This document shows positions 1 through 12,866 of a DNA stretch of 64,000 nt, piece after piece. Source of the DNA: the human T2T-CHM13v2.0 reference genome, Homo sapiens; NCBI RefSeq assembly GCF_009914755.1, contig NC_060947.1. The stretch is one strand, 5' to 3'. The notes beneath the pieces are model-generated. The model made no database searches. It had not been told where the DNA came from and worked only from the letters and a program-made list of their open reading frames with translations. The position numbers were made by a program, and so were the translations under genes. The number at the start of each line of letters is the position of its first letter. Position 1 is the stretch's first letter.

Positions 1-677
1 AAAGACAACCCTGGCCTGCCATGTCCCCAAGCTGTGCCTATAAAAAACTGGAGACCCTAGCAGGCACAGACACAAGTGGCTGGATGTCCAGAGGAATACA
101 CCAGCAGAACACACAAGAGGCTGGACGTTGAGAGGATGTCGAGGGGTGAGAGCACACTGATAGGCACGGGCAAGCTGGCAGGCCATTGACTGGTGGAAAG
201 ATGCATAGGGGTGATTGGAGGGGACCCCAGCCACTCAGTGGCCCAACTTCAGGGGAAATCCACCTTTCCACTTCATCTCCCTTATGGCTCCACCATCTGC
301 CAAAAACTACTTCCACTCAATAAAACCTTGCGCTCGTTCTCCAAGCCCATGTGGGATCCAATTTTTCTGGTACCTGAAGTCAAGAACTCTGGATATAGGA
401 AACTCTCTGTCCTTGCAATAAGGCAGAAGGTCTAATTGAGCTGTTTAACACAAGCCACCTATAGACACCAAAACTAAAAGAGGATATGGTAACACACACT
501 CTCTGCAGCCTCAGGAGCTGTAAACATTAACCCCTAGAGGCTCTCATGAAGTCGAGCCCCACAACCTGCCCTTCTGCCTGGTCCGCCTAGGGCTTTTGTG
601 CAGCGAGACACTGAAGAAGCCAGCCACACCTCCATCACACACTCTGTGATGCAGACAAGGGAACTTTCCTCAATTCA
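1..677 (+). mobile_element. ERV1 LTR of the MER52/LTR1 (HUERS-P) group, cut by the window start
   Basis: TATA-like ctataaaaa near 37, aataaa near 319, recalled motifs 'ggtctaattgagctg..aacacaagcc' and 'gacaagggaacttt', ends in ..ttca at 677. Confidence 0.7.
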
Positions 678-864
678 CTATGACACTAACCTAAGACCCA
701 GAATTTAAAAACAATAGTCACCGTAATCTCAAGGTGAGCGTCCAACTGCAACGCAGTAACTCTGCTAGGTACACAAACCTCATCTTCATATAGATGGGAA
801 GGGGAGGAATTCTATTTTTTATTTTTTTATATCACACCATTTCCTAGCTATGAGTACAAAGCTT

Positions 865-1395
865 AACATTTTATTGATTCAGTTAATATTTATTAAACAC
901 TTACATACTAGACACTGTGTTGTATTTTAGGAATCTGATTAGGAGCAAAAATAAAGTCTTTGTCCACCTGGAATGTGCACTCTGGTGTAAGAGACAGATA
1001 TTAATCAAATACAGAAATGCATGTGAAAGTGCTGAGATAAATGATAGCAAGGAGTACATAGTGGTGTGGGAGCTCATAGTAGGATATGGGATCTAAAGGG
1101 GAGTGAAGTACCTGGCTTTATGGCTTACTCAATGGTATGGATAGAAAATGACCAAGTGTGGAGTTACTGATCATTAATTTAGTCTTGGACACATCAAGTT
1201 TGAGGTGACTTTGAGGCATGAAATAAATGTTCCCATGGAGATAAGTGAAGACATAAATCTGTGAGTCATCTGCATGTAAATGATAATTGAAACTCTAGAT
1301 ATAAAAGAAATTTCTTCATGTCAGTGTAGGGAGTACAAACGAAGAGAAGTTTGAATGGAGCCTTGAAAGATTTTAATACTGAATGGCTGGGCAAT
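865..1395 (-). mobile_element. Degenerate L2 fragments
   Basis: L2-like 3' end (ttcagttaatatttattaaacactt..gacactgtg) and 'agtcttggacacatcaagtttgaggtg' motif; very diverged. Confidence 0.5.
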
Positions 1396-1594
1396 AACAC
1401 TTCTATTAGTATGTGATTGTGGGCTTCCTGACATCTAAATTTCCTGTTTCATTGAATAAAATTTAGGGAAGCCCATTAACCTTATCTCTAACAATAGGAT
1501 TGTGAATTTTGATCCTACTGGTATTTAAGTGAAAACTTCAGAGATCTTGGAAAATATTCTCATTAAACGCATTAAAGTACTGTTGCTAATCATT

Positions 1595-3995
1595 GATTTT
1601 TTTATTTTATTTTTAATTGTTTTATATATATATATATAACATAGAATTTAACATTTTATTCAATTTTAAGTGTACAGTTTTGTGGTAATAGGTACATTCA
1701 CATGGTTGTGCAACCATCACAATAATCCATTGCCAGAGCTTTTTCATCTTCCCCAACTGAAACTTTATATTTATGAAACATTAACTTCCCATTTTCCTCT
1801 TTCCCTACTTCTTGGCAACCACCATTCTATTTTCTGTCTTTATTAATTTGACTACATTGGATAGCTCATACAAGTTGAATTATGCAATATTTGTCCTGTT
1901 ATGAATGGCTTATTTCAATGAGCATAATATACTCAAAGTTCATCCATATTGTAGCATGCATCACAATTTCCTTTCTTTCATGAAGGGTAGGCTGAATAAT
2001 ATTCCACTGCATGTGTATACCATGTTTGGCTCATCCATTCTTCTGTTGACAAACTCTTGTGTTGTTTTCATGTTTTAGTATTATAAATAATGCTGCTTTG
2101 AACATGGATGTACAAATGTATCTTCAAGATCCTGCTTTTAATTTCTTTGGGTATATACCCAGAAGTGGAATTGCTGGATAATACGGTAATTCTATTTTTA
2201 GTTTTTTCAGGAACTTCATAGTGTTTTCCATAGCAGCTATACCATTTTATATTTCCACAAACAGTGCACAAGGTTTCGAATATCTCCTTATCCTCCTCAA
2301 CACGTGTTATTTTCTATTTTCTTGCTTTTGTTTGTATAGTAGCCATCCTAATGTTTATGAAGGGTCTTTCATTGTGACTTTGATTTGCATTTATGATTAG
2401 TGATGGATGTTCAGTGTCATGTCATGTGCTTATATCTTCTTTGAAGAAACCTCTACTGAAGTCCTCTGCCCGGTTTTTAATTTGTTAGTTTGTTTTCTGT
2501 TGTTGAGTTGTAGAAGTTCTTTATATATTCTGGATACCAATCTCTTATTAGATATATGACTTGTAAGTATTTTCTTTGTTCCTGTGTGTTGCTTTTTCAC
2601 TCTTTTAATAGTGTCCCTTAATGCACAAAAGCTTATAATTTAAATGAAGTCCACTTTACCTACTTTTTCTTTTGTCATCTGTAATTTTGTTGTCATATCC
2701 AGGAAATCACCGCCAAATCTAAAATCATGAAGCTTTTCTTAAATGTTTCCCCTAAGAATATTTTAGTCTTACCCCTTAAGTTTAGTTTCTTGATCACTTT
2801 TGAGTTAATTTTTGTACATAGTGTAAATGGTCCAACTTTATTATTTGGCCTGTGGAGATCCAGTTTTCCCAGCACCATTTATGGAAAAGACTAATTATTC
2901 CTCATTGAATAGTCTGGGCACCCTTGATGAAAATCAATTGACCACGTATTCAAGGGTTTATTTCTGTGATCTCTGTTCTGTTTCATTACTTCATGTGTGT
3001 CTTTATGTTAGTAGCAAATTGTTTTGACTACCATAGTGTTTGGTAAGTTTTGAAATCAACAAATGTGAGTCCTCTAACTTTATTCTTATTTCTCAGGATA
3101 GTTTTGGCAACTTGATTTCTCTTGTGTTTCCAAATACATTTTAGGATGGATTTTGATTTTTCTGCAAAAAACGTCTTTGGGATGTTTCCATAGGGTTTGC
3201 ATTGACTCTGTAGATCCCTTTGGGTAATATTGACATTTTGAGATTATTAAGCCTTTCACTCCAATATTACAGTATATATTTTTATTTATTTGTATCTTCT
3301 TTAAATTATTTCAGCAGCATTTTGTCGTTTTTAGTGTACAATATTTTGCCTCCTTCGTTAAGTTCATTTCTGTGTTTTACTCTTTTTGAGACTATTGAAA
3401 ATGGACTTGTTTTCTAAATTTTCTTTTCAGATTTCATTGTTAGTGGACAGAAATGCAAGTGATTTTTGAGTGTGGATTTTACATCCTACAACTTTGCTGA
3501 ATCTTCTTATTAGTTCTAATTGTGAGTGTGTGTTGATGTGTATGTGTGTGTGTGTATGTGTGTTTGTGTGTAATGTTTAGGGCTTACTAAATATAAGACT
3601 ATGTTACTTGCAAACAAAGATCATTTTACTTCTTCCTTTTCTATTTGGAGACCTTTTGTTTATTTTTTAATCACTCTGGTTAGGACTTTGAGTACCAGGT
3701 TAAGTAGAAGTGGCAAAAGAGGGTATCATTGCCCTGTTCCATCACTTAGAAGAAAAGCTTTCAGCCTTTTACCATTGAGAAATTTCAATTTTTAGTTTGT
3801 TGAGTGTTTTTATCTTGAAGGCTGTTGAATTTTGTCAAATATTTTTCTCCATCAATTGAGATGATCATGTGCTTATTTCCTTTTTATTCTGTTAATGTGA
3901 TGTATTATGCTGATTGATTTTTATACATTGAACTATCCTTTCTTTCCAGGAATAAATCCTAGTTGGTCATGGTGTATAATTTTTTAAATATTCTG
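1595..3995 (-). mobile_element. Old L1M (L1MB-like) 3' portion
   Basis: T-rich tail, 3'UTR 'tacattcacatggttgtgcaaccatcac', ORF2 C-terminal remnants (ORFs 2068-2271, 2693-2878); (TG)n at about 3521-3570. Confidence 0.8.
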
Positions 3996-4014
3996 TTCCC
4001 TTCAGTTTGCTATC

Positions 4015-6400
4015 ATTTAAAAATATACAATTTTAGAGAAGCTTCAGACTCACAGAAAAAAATTGAACAGAAAGTACAGATATTTACCATATGCCTCCAG
4101 CCCTCACAGATGCATTGCCTCCCAGATATTCAACATCTCATGACCAGAATGGTAAATTTGTCACAACTGATGAACCTAAATTAATAACTGTTTATAACAC
4201 AGAATCCATAGTATACATTAGGATTCACTTGAGTGTTTTACATTCTATGGGTTTGGCAAATTTATATGTATCCACCATTATAGTATTGTACAAAGTGGAT
4301 TCACTAAAAATCCTGTTGTACTCCACCTATTTATACCTACCTGACCTCAACTCCTGTAAATCACTGATCATATTACTGTATCCATAGTTTTGCCTTTTCC
4401 AGAATGTTATATAGTTGGAATCATACAATGTATAGCATTTTCTGAATGGCTCCTTTTACTTAGTAATATGCAGGTAGGTGTCCTCCATGACTTTACATGG
4501 ATTCATAGCTCATTTCTTTTTAGTCCTGCAAAATATTCCGGTGTCTGGATATACAAGAGTTTATCTATTAACCTACTCAAAGACATCTTGCTTGCTTCCA
4601 AGTATTGGCAATTATGAAAAAAGCTGCTATAACCATTCATGTGCAGGTTTGTGTGTGGACATAAGTTTTTAACTCTTTTGAGTAAATATCAAGGAATATG
4701 ACATTATATGGTAAAGGTAGATTTAGTTTTGTATGAAACAACCATCTTCCAAAGTGACTATAACATTTTGCTTTCCACCAGCACTAAGTGAGAGTTCCTG
4801 TTGCTTCTACATTCTTGCCGACATTTGGTGTCAGTGCTCTGGATTTTAGCAATCCTAATAGATGTATAGTAATATGTCATTCCTGCTTTAATTTGGATTT
4901 CTCAGGTGATATCTGATTCTGGGCATATTTTTGTATGCCTCTTTGCCATCTGTATATTTCTTTGGTGAGGTGTCAGTTAAGGTTTTTGTCTCATTTAAAA
5001 ATTAGGCTTTTTGTTTTCTTATTATTGAGTTTTAATAGTTCTTAGTGTATTTTAGATAGCAGTCCATTATCAGATAATGTTTGAAAATATTTCTCCTATC
5101 TTTGGCTTATCTTTTTATTGCCCTGACTGTGTCTTTCATAGAGGAGAAAATTTTAATTTGAATGAAATCCACCTTATCCCCTTTTTTCATGGACTGTGCC
5201 TTTGGTGTTGCATCTAAGTTGTCATCACCAAACCCAAGGTCATCCAGATTTTCTCTTATCTGCTATGAGTTATATATTTTTCCGTTTTACATTTAGATCT
5301 GTGATTCATTCTGAGCTCATTTTTATGAAGGTTTTAAGGTCTGTCTGTGGATTTATTTTGTGTACATGGATGCCCAGTTATTTCAGCACCATTAATTGAA
5401 AGACTATGTTTGCTCCATTTTATCGACCTTATTCCTTTGTCAAAGATCAGTCAACTATATATATCTTGGTCTGTTTCTGGTCTCTGTATTCTGTTTCATT
5501 TATCTATTTGTCTATCCATGTTATTGAGATGAGATCTTGCTATGTTGCCTAGGCTGGACTTAAACTTCTGGGCTCAAGAAATACTCCCCACTGAGCTTCT
5601 GAAATAACTGGCACTACAGACATGCACTGCCATGACAGTGCCAGACTTATCTGTCTACTCTTCTTGCCAATATCACACTGTCTTGATTACTGTAACTGTA
5701 TAGTAAGTTTTGAAGAAGGGTAGCGTCAGTCCTCCAACATTGTGATTTTCATTCAATAATACTGTTGTCTATTCTATGTCTTTTACCTCCTCATACAAAC
5801 TTAATAATCAATTTATTGATGTCCACAAATTCATGTTCTGAGATTTTTGTCGGGATTTCTCTGAAACTATCAATCTGAGAAGAACTGACATTTTGACAAT
5901 ATTGACTCTTTCTATCTATGAACATAAAATATCTATTTAGGTTTATTTGTTTCATTCAAGGTTTATAATTAACTTTACATATATATCTGGTATTTTTTTA
6001 AGATTTACACCTGTTTTTTTTTTGTTCCTAATGTAATATAATTTATATTAATATAATCATTTATATATGATATAATTTATAATTATGTATTCCTAATATA
6101 ATTTTTTAAATTTCAAATTTCAATTGCTCAATGCTGGTATATAGAAAGCAGTTGACTTTCACATATTAACCTTATATCCTGCAACCCTACTGTAGTTTCT
6201 TATTAGTTCTAGAAGGGTTTATTTTGGGAGTTGTTTGAGATATTTTACATAGATGATCATGTCCTCTGTGAATAAAGACAGTTTATTTCTTCCTATCCAA
6301 TGTGTATACTCTTTATTTTTTTCTTGTCTTATTGTGCTATCTAGGACTTCCCATACAATGCTCAGAACCAGTAGTGAGAGCTGACACTCTTGACTTGTCC
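4015..6400 (-). mobile_element. Old L1M (L1MC1/L1MB7-like) 3' portion
   Basis: 3' end 'ttttagagaagcttcagactcacagaaaaaaattgaacagaaagtacaga'; ORF2 remnant LEVL-like/DDMI-like (ORF 6219-6443); interrupted by a FLAM. Confidence 0.75.
5525..5642 (-). mobile_element. FLAM/Alu monomer fragment
   Basis: 'gagatgagatcttgctatgttgcctaggctgg..ctgggctcaag..actacagacatgcactgcca'. Confidence 0.75.
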
Positions 6401-6404
6401 TTTT

Positions 6405-9400
6405 TGTAAAACATTCTTTAATTTTAAATTTTTGTGGGTACATGCCGGGTATATATATTTATGGGATAGGTGAGATGTTTTGATATAGCCATGCAAGGTG
6501 TGCTAATTGCATCATGGAAGATGAGGTATCCATCTTTCCAAGCATTTATCTTTTGTATTACTGACAATCCAATTGTAGTCTTTTAGTCATCTATTTATTT
6601 TTTATTTTTTTTGAATTATAATTAAATTATTATTGATGATACTTACTCTGTTTTGCTACTAAATATGAGACATCTTTTATTCATTCTATTTTTTTTTGTA
6701 CCTATTAACCATCCTCAGTTTTCTACCACCACCTTGCTCGCTTCCATTCCCAGCCTCTGGTAACCTTCCTCCTACACTCTATGTTTATAAATTCAATTGT
6801 TTTGACTTTTAGATCCCACAAATAATTGACAACATACAATATTTGTCTTTTTCTTCCTCACTTATTTTGCTTAAACATAATGATCTCCAGTTCCATCCAT
6901 GTTGTTGCAAATGACAGGATCTCATTCTTTTTTATGGCTAAATAGTACTCCATTGCGTATCTGTACCACATTTTCTTTATCAATTCAACTGTTGAAAAAC
7001 ACTTAGGTCGCTTCCAAATCCTGACTATTTGCAACAAACATGGGAGTGCAGACATCTCTTTTATATACTGACTTCTTTTGAGTATATGTCCAGCACTGGG
7101 ATTGTTGGAGTATATGCTAGCTCTCTTTTCATTTTTGTGAGGAAAGTCAAAAGTGGTTGTACTAATTTCCATTCCATCTAACAGTGTACAATGTTTCCCT
7201 TTTCTCCATGTTCTTGCCAGAATTTGTTATTGCCTGTCTTTGTATATAAGCCATTTTAACTGAGGTGAGATGATATTTTATTGTAGTTTTGATTTACATT
7301 TCTCTGATGATCAATGATGTTGAGCTCCTTTCCATATGCCTATTTACCATTTGTATGTCTTCTTCTGAGAAATGCCTATTCAAATCCTCTGCTCTTTTTT
7401 TATTGTATTATTGGATTTATTCCTATAAAGTTGTTTGAGATCTTTATATGTTTTGGTTGTTAATCCCTTGTCAGATAGATAGTTCAGAAATATTTTCTTC
7501 CTTTCTGTGGGTTGACTCTTCACTTTGTTGATTGTTTCCTTTGCTTTACACAAGCTGTTTAGCTTGATGTGATTCCATTTGTTCAGGTCTACTTCTGTTT
7601 TCTGTGCTCAATAAACTTTTGCCTAGAACAATGTCCTGGAGGCTTTCCCCAAATTTTGTAGTAGCTTCATAGTGTGAGGTCTTAGATTTAAGTCTTTAAT
7701 CCATTTTGACTTGATTTTTGTATCTGATGAGAGATAAGGGTCTAGTTTTCTTCTCCTGCATATGGATATCCAGTTTTCCCAGCACCATTTATTGAAAAGA
7801 CTGTCCTTTCCTCAGTATATGTTTTTAGCATCTTTCTCAAAAATAGGTTAACTGTAGCTGTGTGGATTTCTTTCAGCTTCTCTGTTCTGTTTCATTGGTC
7901 TGTGTCTGTTTTTATGCCAGTAACATGCTGTTTTGGTTACTATAGCTCTGTAGTATAATTTAAAGTGAGGTAATGCAATTCCTCTAGTTTTTGTTGTTGT
8001 TGTTTAGAATAGCTTTGGCAATTCTGAATCTCTTGTGGTTCTACATAAATTTCAGGACTGTTTTCTTTCCATTTCTGTGAAGAATGACATTGGTATTTAG
8101 ATAAGGATTACATTGAATATGTATATTGCTTTGGGTGGTATGGACATTTTAACAATATTGATTCTTCCAATCTATGAACAAAGAATTTCCATTTTTACGG
8201 TGTCCTCTTCAATTTCTTTTATGAGTGTTTTATAGTTTTTATTATGGGGATATTTTATGTACTTTGCTTAAATTAAATCATAGGTATTTAATTATATTTT
8301 GTGGCTATTGAAAATGAAATTACTCTTTAAAATTTATTTTTCACATTGTTCATTGTTGGCATGTTGAAATGCTACTGATTTTTTATGTTGATTTTGTATC
8401 CTGCAACCATAGTGAATTTGTTTATCAGTTCTAATAGTTTTTTGTAGTCTCTGGGTTTTTCTAAATATAAAATTATATCACCCGCAAACAAGAATACTTT
8501 TACTTCTTCCATTCTAATTTCTATGCCATTTATTTCCTTCTCCTGTTTGATTGCTCTAGCTAAGATTTCCAATACTGTGTTGAATAGCAGTGGTGAAAAT
8601 GGGCATCCTTGCTGTGTTCCAGACCTTAGAAAAAAGGATTTCACTTTTTCTCCATCCAGTATGATGCTAGCTGTGGTTATGCCATATATGGCTTTTATTA
8701 TGTTGAGGTATGTTCCTTCTATAACTAGATTTTTGACAGTTTTTATCAAAAAGAGATGTTGAATTTTATAAAATGCCTTTTCAGCATCCATTGATATAAT
8801 TGTATGACTTTTATTCTTCATTTTATTGATCTATCACATTGATTGATTTGTGTACGTTGAACCATCCTTGCATCCCAGTAATAAATCCTACTTGGTCATG
8901 ATGAATGTTCCTTTAAATGTATGGTTGAATTTGATATGTTAGTATCTTGTTTAAGATGTTTGCATCAATATTTATCTGAGGTATTAGACTGTGGTTTTCT
9001 TTTTTTGTCTTTGTCTGGTTTTGATATCAGGGTAATACTGGCCACATAAAATAAATTTGGAAGATTTTTCTCCTCCTCTATTTTTTGGAATAGCTTGAGT
9101 AGGATTGGCATTAGTTCTTCTTTAAATACTTTGTAGAATTCAGCAGGAAAGCCATTGAGTCTCAGGCTTTTCTTTACTGGCTTTTTTTTTTTTTTTTTTT
9201 TTTTTTTTAGCTTGGAACTCATTACTTGTTATTTGTCTCTTCAGGTTTTGGATTTCTCCCTTGTTCCATAATGGTAGGTTGTATGTGTCTAAGAGTTTGT
9301 CCATTTTCCATAGAAATTCCAATTTATTGCATATAGTTGCTCATAGTAGCTGCTAAAGATTTTTTGAATTTCTGCAGCATCAGTTGTAATGTCTCCTTTT

Positions 9401-12400
9401 GGATGTCTGATTTTATTCATTTGGATCTTCTCTCTCTTTTTTTAGTATGGCTAAAGGTTTGTCTACTTTGTTTAACTTTTCAAAAAAAGAAAATAATTTT
9501 TAGTAACATTGATCATTTGTATTATTTTCTTCATTTCAATTTCATTTGCTTCTACTCTGATCATTATTTCTTTTCTTCTATTAATTTTCAGTTTCGTTTG
9601 ATCTTGCTTCTCTAGTTCTTTAAGATGCATTGTTAGATTGTTTATTTGAAGTTTTTCCTTTTTTCTCATGGACATACTTATAGCTATAAGCTTCTCTCCT
9701 AGTACTGGTTTTGCTCCATCTCATAGGTTTTGGTATATTGTGTTTCTATCATCATTTGTTTCAAGAATTGTTTTCAACTTCTTTCTTAATTTTTCACTTA
9801 CCCACTGGTAATTCAAGAGTATATTGCTTAATTTCCATGTATTTGTATAGTTTTCAAACTTCCTCGTTATCAATTTCTAGTTGTATTTTACTGTAGTCAG
9901 AGAGGATGCTTGATATTATATCAGTGTTTTGAATGTTTTAAGACTTGTTTGTGACCTAACATAAATATGCCTGAGAATGATTCATGTGCTGAGGAAAATA
10001 ATATCTATTCTGTAGTTCCTGGATAAAATTTTCTGCAAATAACTATCAGATCCATTTGCTCTATAATGCAGATTAAGTCCAATGTTTCTTTGTTGATTTT
10101 CTGTCTGGAAAATCTGTCTAATGCTGAAAGTGGGGTGTTGAAGTCTCTAGCTATTAGTGTATAGAGTCCTATCTCTCTCTTTAGCTCTAACAATGTTTGC
10201 TTTATATAACTGGATCTTCCAGTATTGGGTGCATGTATATTTAAAATTGTTATATCTTCTGCTGCATTGGCACCTTTATCACTATATAGTGACTTTCTTT
10301 GTGTCTTCTTACAATTTTTGTCTTGAAATCTATTTTGTATGAGAAAAGTATAGCTACTGCTGCTCTTTTTGGTTTCCGTTTGCTTGGAATAACATTTCTC
10401 ATCTTTTTATTTTTATTCTATATGTGTGTTTATAGGTAACGTGTTTCTTGTAGGCAACAGATCAAGATGGTCTTTTTTTTTTTTTTTCATCCATTCAGCC
10501 ACTCTGTGTCTTTTGATTGGAGAGCTTAGTCCATTTACATTCAATATTATTATTGGTGTGAAAGGACTTACTTCTTCCATTTTGTTAGTTGTTTTCTGGT
10601 TGTTTTGTGGTCTTCTCTTTCTTCTTGTTTTCTTCCTGTCTTCCTTCAGGGAAGGTGATTTACTCTGATGATACAATTTAGTTTCTTGCTTTTTATTTTT
10701 TTAATATTTGTTGTATTTTGTTGGTTTAAAGTTACCACAAGGCTTGTAAATTCTATCTTGCAACCCATTAATTTAAGGGGATAACAACACTTTTAGCATA
10801 AACAAACACACAAGCTAAAAAATATAGTGAAAATTAAACACTGTATCTTTGTACCCCACTGTTTAATTTTTGTTGTTTCTATTTGTATCTTATTGTACTC
10901 TATGTCTTCAAAAGTTGTTGTAGGTATTATTTTTGATTGGTTTATTATTTAGTCTTTCTACTTAGGATAGCAGTAGTTTGCACACCACAATAACAATGAT
11001 ATAATATTCTGTGTTTTTCTTTGTACTTAATATTAACAGTGAATTTTGTACCTTCATGTAATTGGTGATCTCTTATTAACATTCATTTTTTTATTAAAGT
11101 CATGAGGTCATGTTTTCCTGGGTTATCTTGATACTTATAGATGTTTTTCTGTTTCTGGGCATTGAATAATTACGTATTATTGTAGTCTTCTCAGTGTGTG
11201 CTTGTTCGTACCTGTCCTTCTAAATGGCTTTCCTGATATTTAAAAGGGCTTGGATTTTGTAATCTTAGCTGCATCTGTTTTAGGGAGCACCCCAAGGCTA
11301 GTAATACTGTGGTTCTTGTAGACTGATATAGGTACTGTATTTATGGTCTTGGACAAGATCCAGAGGAATTTTCTGAATAACCAGACACAGACTCATATTC
11401 ATTTTCCTTACTAGCCCACATAAATGGAGTCTCTCTCTCTCTCTCTGTTCTGAGATCCCTGAACCTGGGGGTGGAGTAACACAAGTACCCCTGTGGCTGC
11501 CACCACTATGGCTGTTCTTGGTCAGACCTAAAGCCAGCATAGCACTGGTTTTCACACAAGGCCTGATGTAACCACTACCTGACTACCTCCTATGTTTACT
11601 CAATGCACTGGTGCTCTACGATTAGCAGGTGGCAAAGCCAGCCAGACCTGTGTCCTTCCCTTCAGGGTAGCAAGCTCCCCCTGGCCCTGGGCTGTTCAAG
11701 AGATGCTGTCTTCGAACCAGGGTCTAGAATCAAAAACTTTAGAAGTCTACAATTTATTATACTGTACTGTGGCTGAGCCTGCATTCAAATCAGTAGATGC
11801 AGACTTTCACACTCCTCCCTCCCCTGTCCAAAGGCAGAAGAGCCTCTACCCATAGCCAAAGCCCCCCTGCCCCGCCGCCCCCATAGGCCCATGTGGAGTA
11901 TTGCCAGGCTATTGGCCATGTTCCCATAAGGTTCAAGGCTCTTCAGTCAGGCTGTGGTGAATGTTGCCTGGTCTGGGATTCACCCTTCAAGGCACTGGTC
12001 TCCCTTTTGGCTTAGGGCAGGTCCAGAAATACTGTCCAAGATTCTCATCCTGGAATCAGGGATCAAAAGTGCCTGCTGATGCTTACCACGCTGTGGCCAA
12101 GCTGGTACCTAAGGTGCACGACAGAGTCCCCTTTACTCTTCCCTCTGCTTTTCTCAAGCAGAAGGACTCTCACATAATAGGCACCACAGCTGGGAAGGTG
12201 CTGAGTCTCAAATTGAGCCAGGAAGTCTGAGTCTCATCCAAAATGTCATGGGAATTGCTGCTGGTTATTCAGGGTGCAATGACTCTACGGTTAGTAGGTG
12301 ATGGACGCTGTCAGGACTGGGTCCTTCCCTTCAAGGCAGTGCATTCCCTTCTGGCCTAGAGTGTGTTTAGAAATGTCATTCAAGAGCTAGGGCCTGGAAA

Positions 12401-12866
12401 AGAGGCCCCACAAAGCTGACCAGTGCCCTATCTTGCTGGGCTCAGCTCTTATCCAAAATGCAAGGAAAGTCCTTCCCACTCTTTTCTCTCCTCTCCTAAA
12501 ACAAAGGAAATCTGTCTCCTTTGGAGCTGCAAACTGTGTAGCCGGGAGTTAGGGGAGGGGTGATGCTAGCACTCCCTTATCTGCTTCAGCTGGTATCATG
12601 GTAGGTCACGTGCCTTCCTACTCTAACAGCTCTCGGCCCAGTTCAGCACTAGGATTTACCTAGGTGTTTCAGTCCTTGTGGCATAGATTGCCTTTCAACT
12701 TCATTTAGGGCCCCAGAGTGCTTTAGCCTACTGTGACAAGGTTTGTGGGAACCGAAGTTTGGGCTGCTGGGATTGGCTATTCCTCTCTGGCTATGGCCGG
12801 TATAAGTGTTCACTCCATCGATGAGTATTAGCTAATTTTCTTCTGGCTTTGTTTTCTGCTATAACA
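6405..12866 (-). mobile_element. L1MA-type element: 3'UTR, ORF2, inter-ORF and 5'UTR; most of ORF1 deleted near 11100
   Basis: L1MA 3'UTR 'tttttgtgggtacat..tgagatgttttgata'; RT remnant 8372-8821 ([14 protein letters not shown]); endonuclease remnants 10005-10676 (ILNVNGL); GC-richer 5'UTR 11100-12866. Confidence 0.85.
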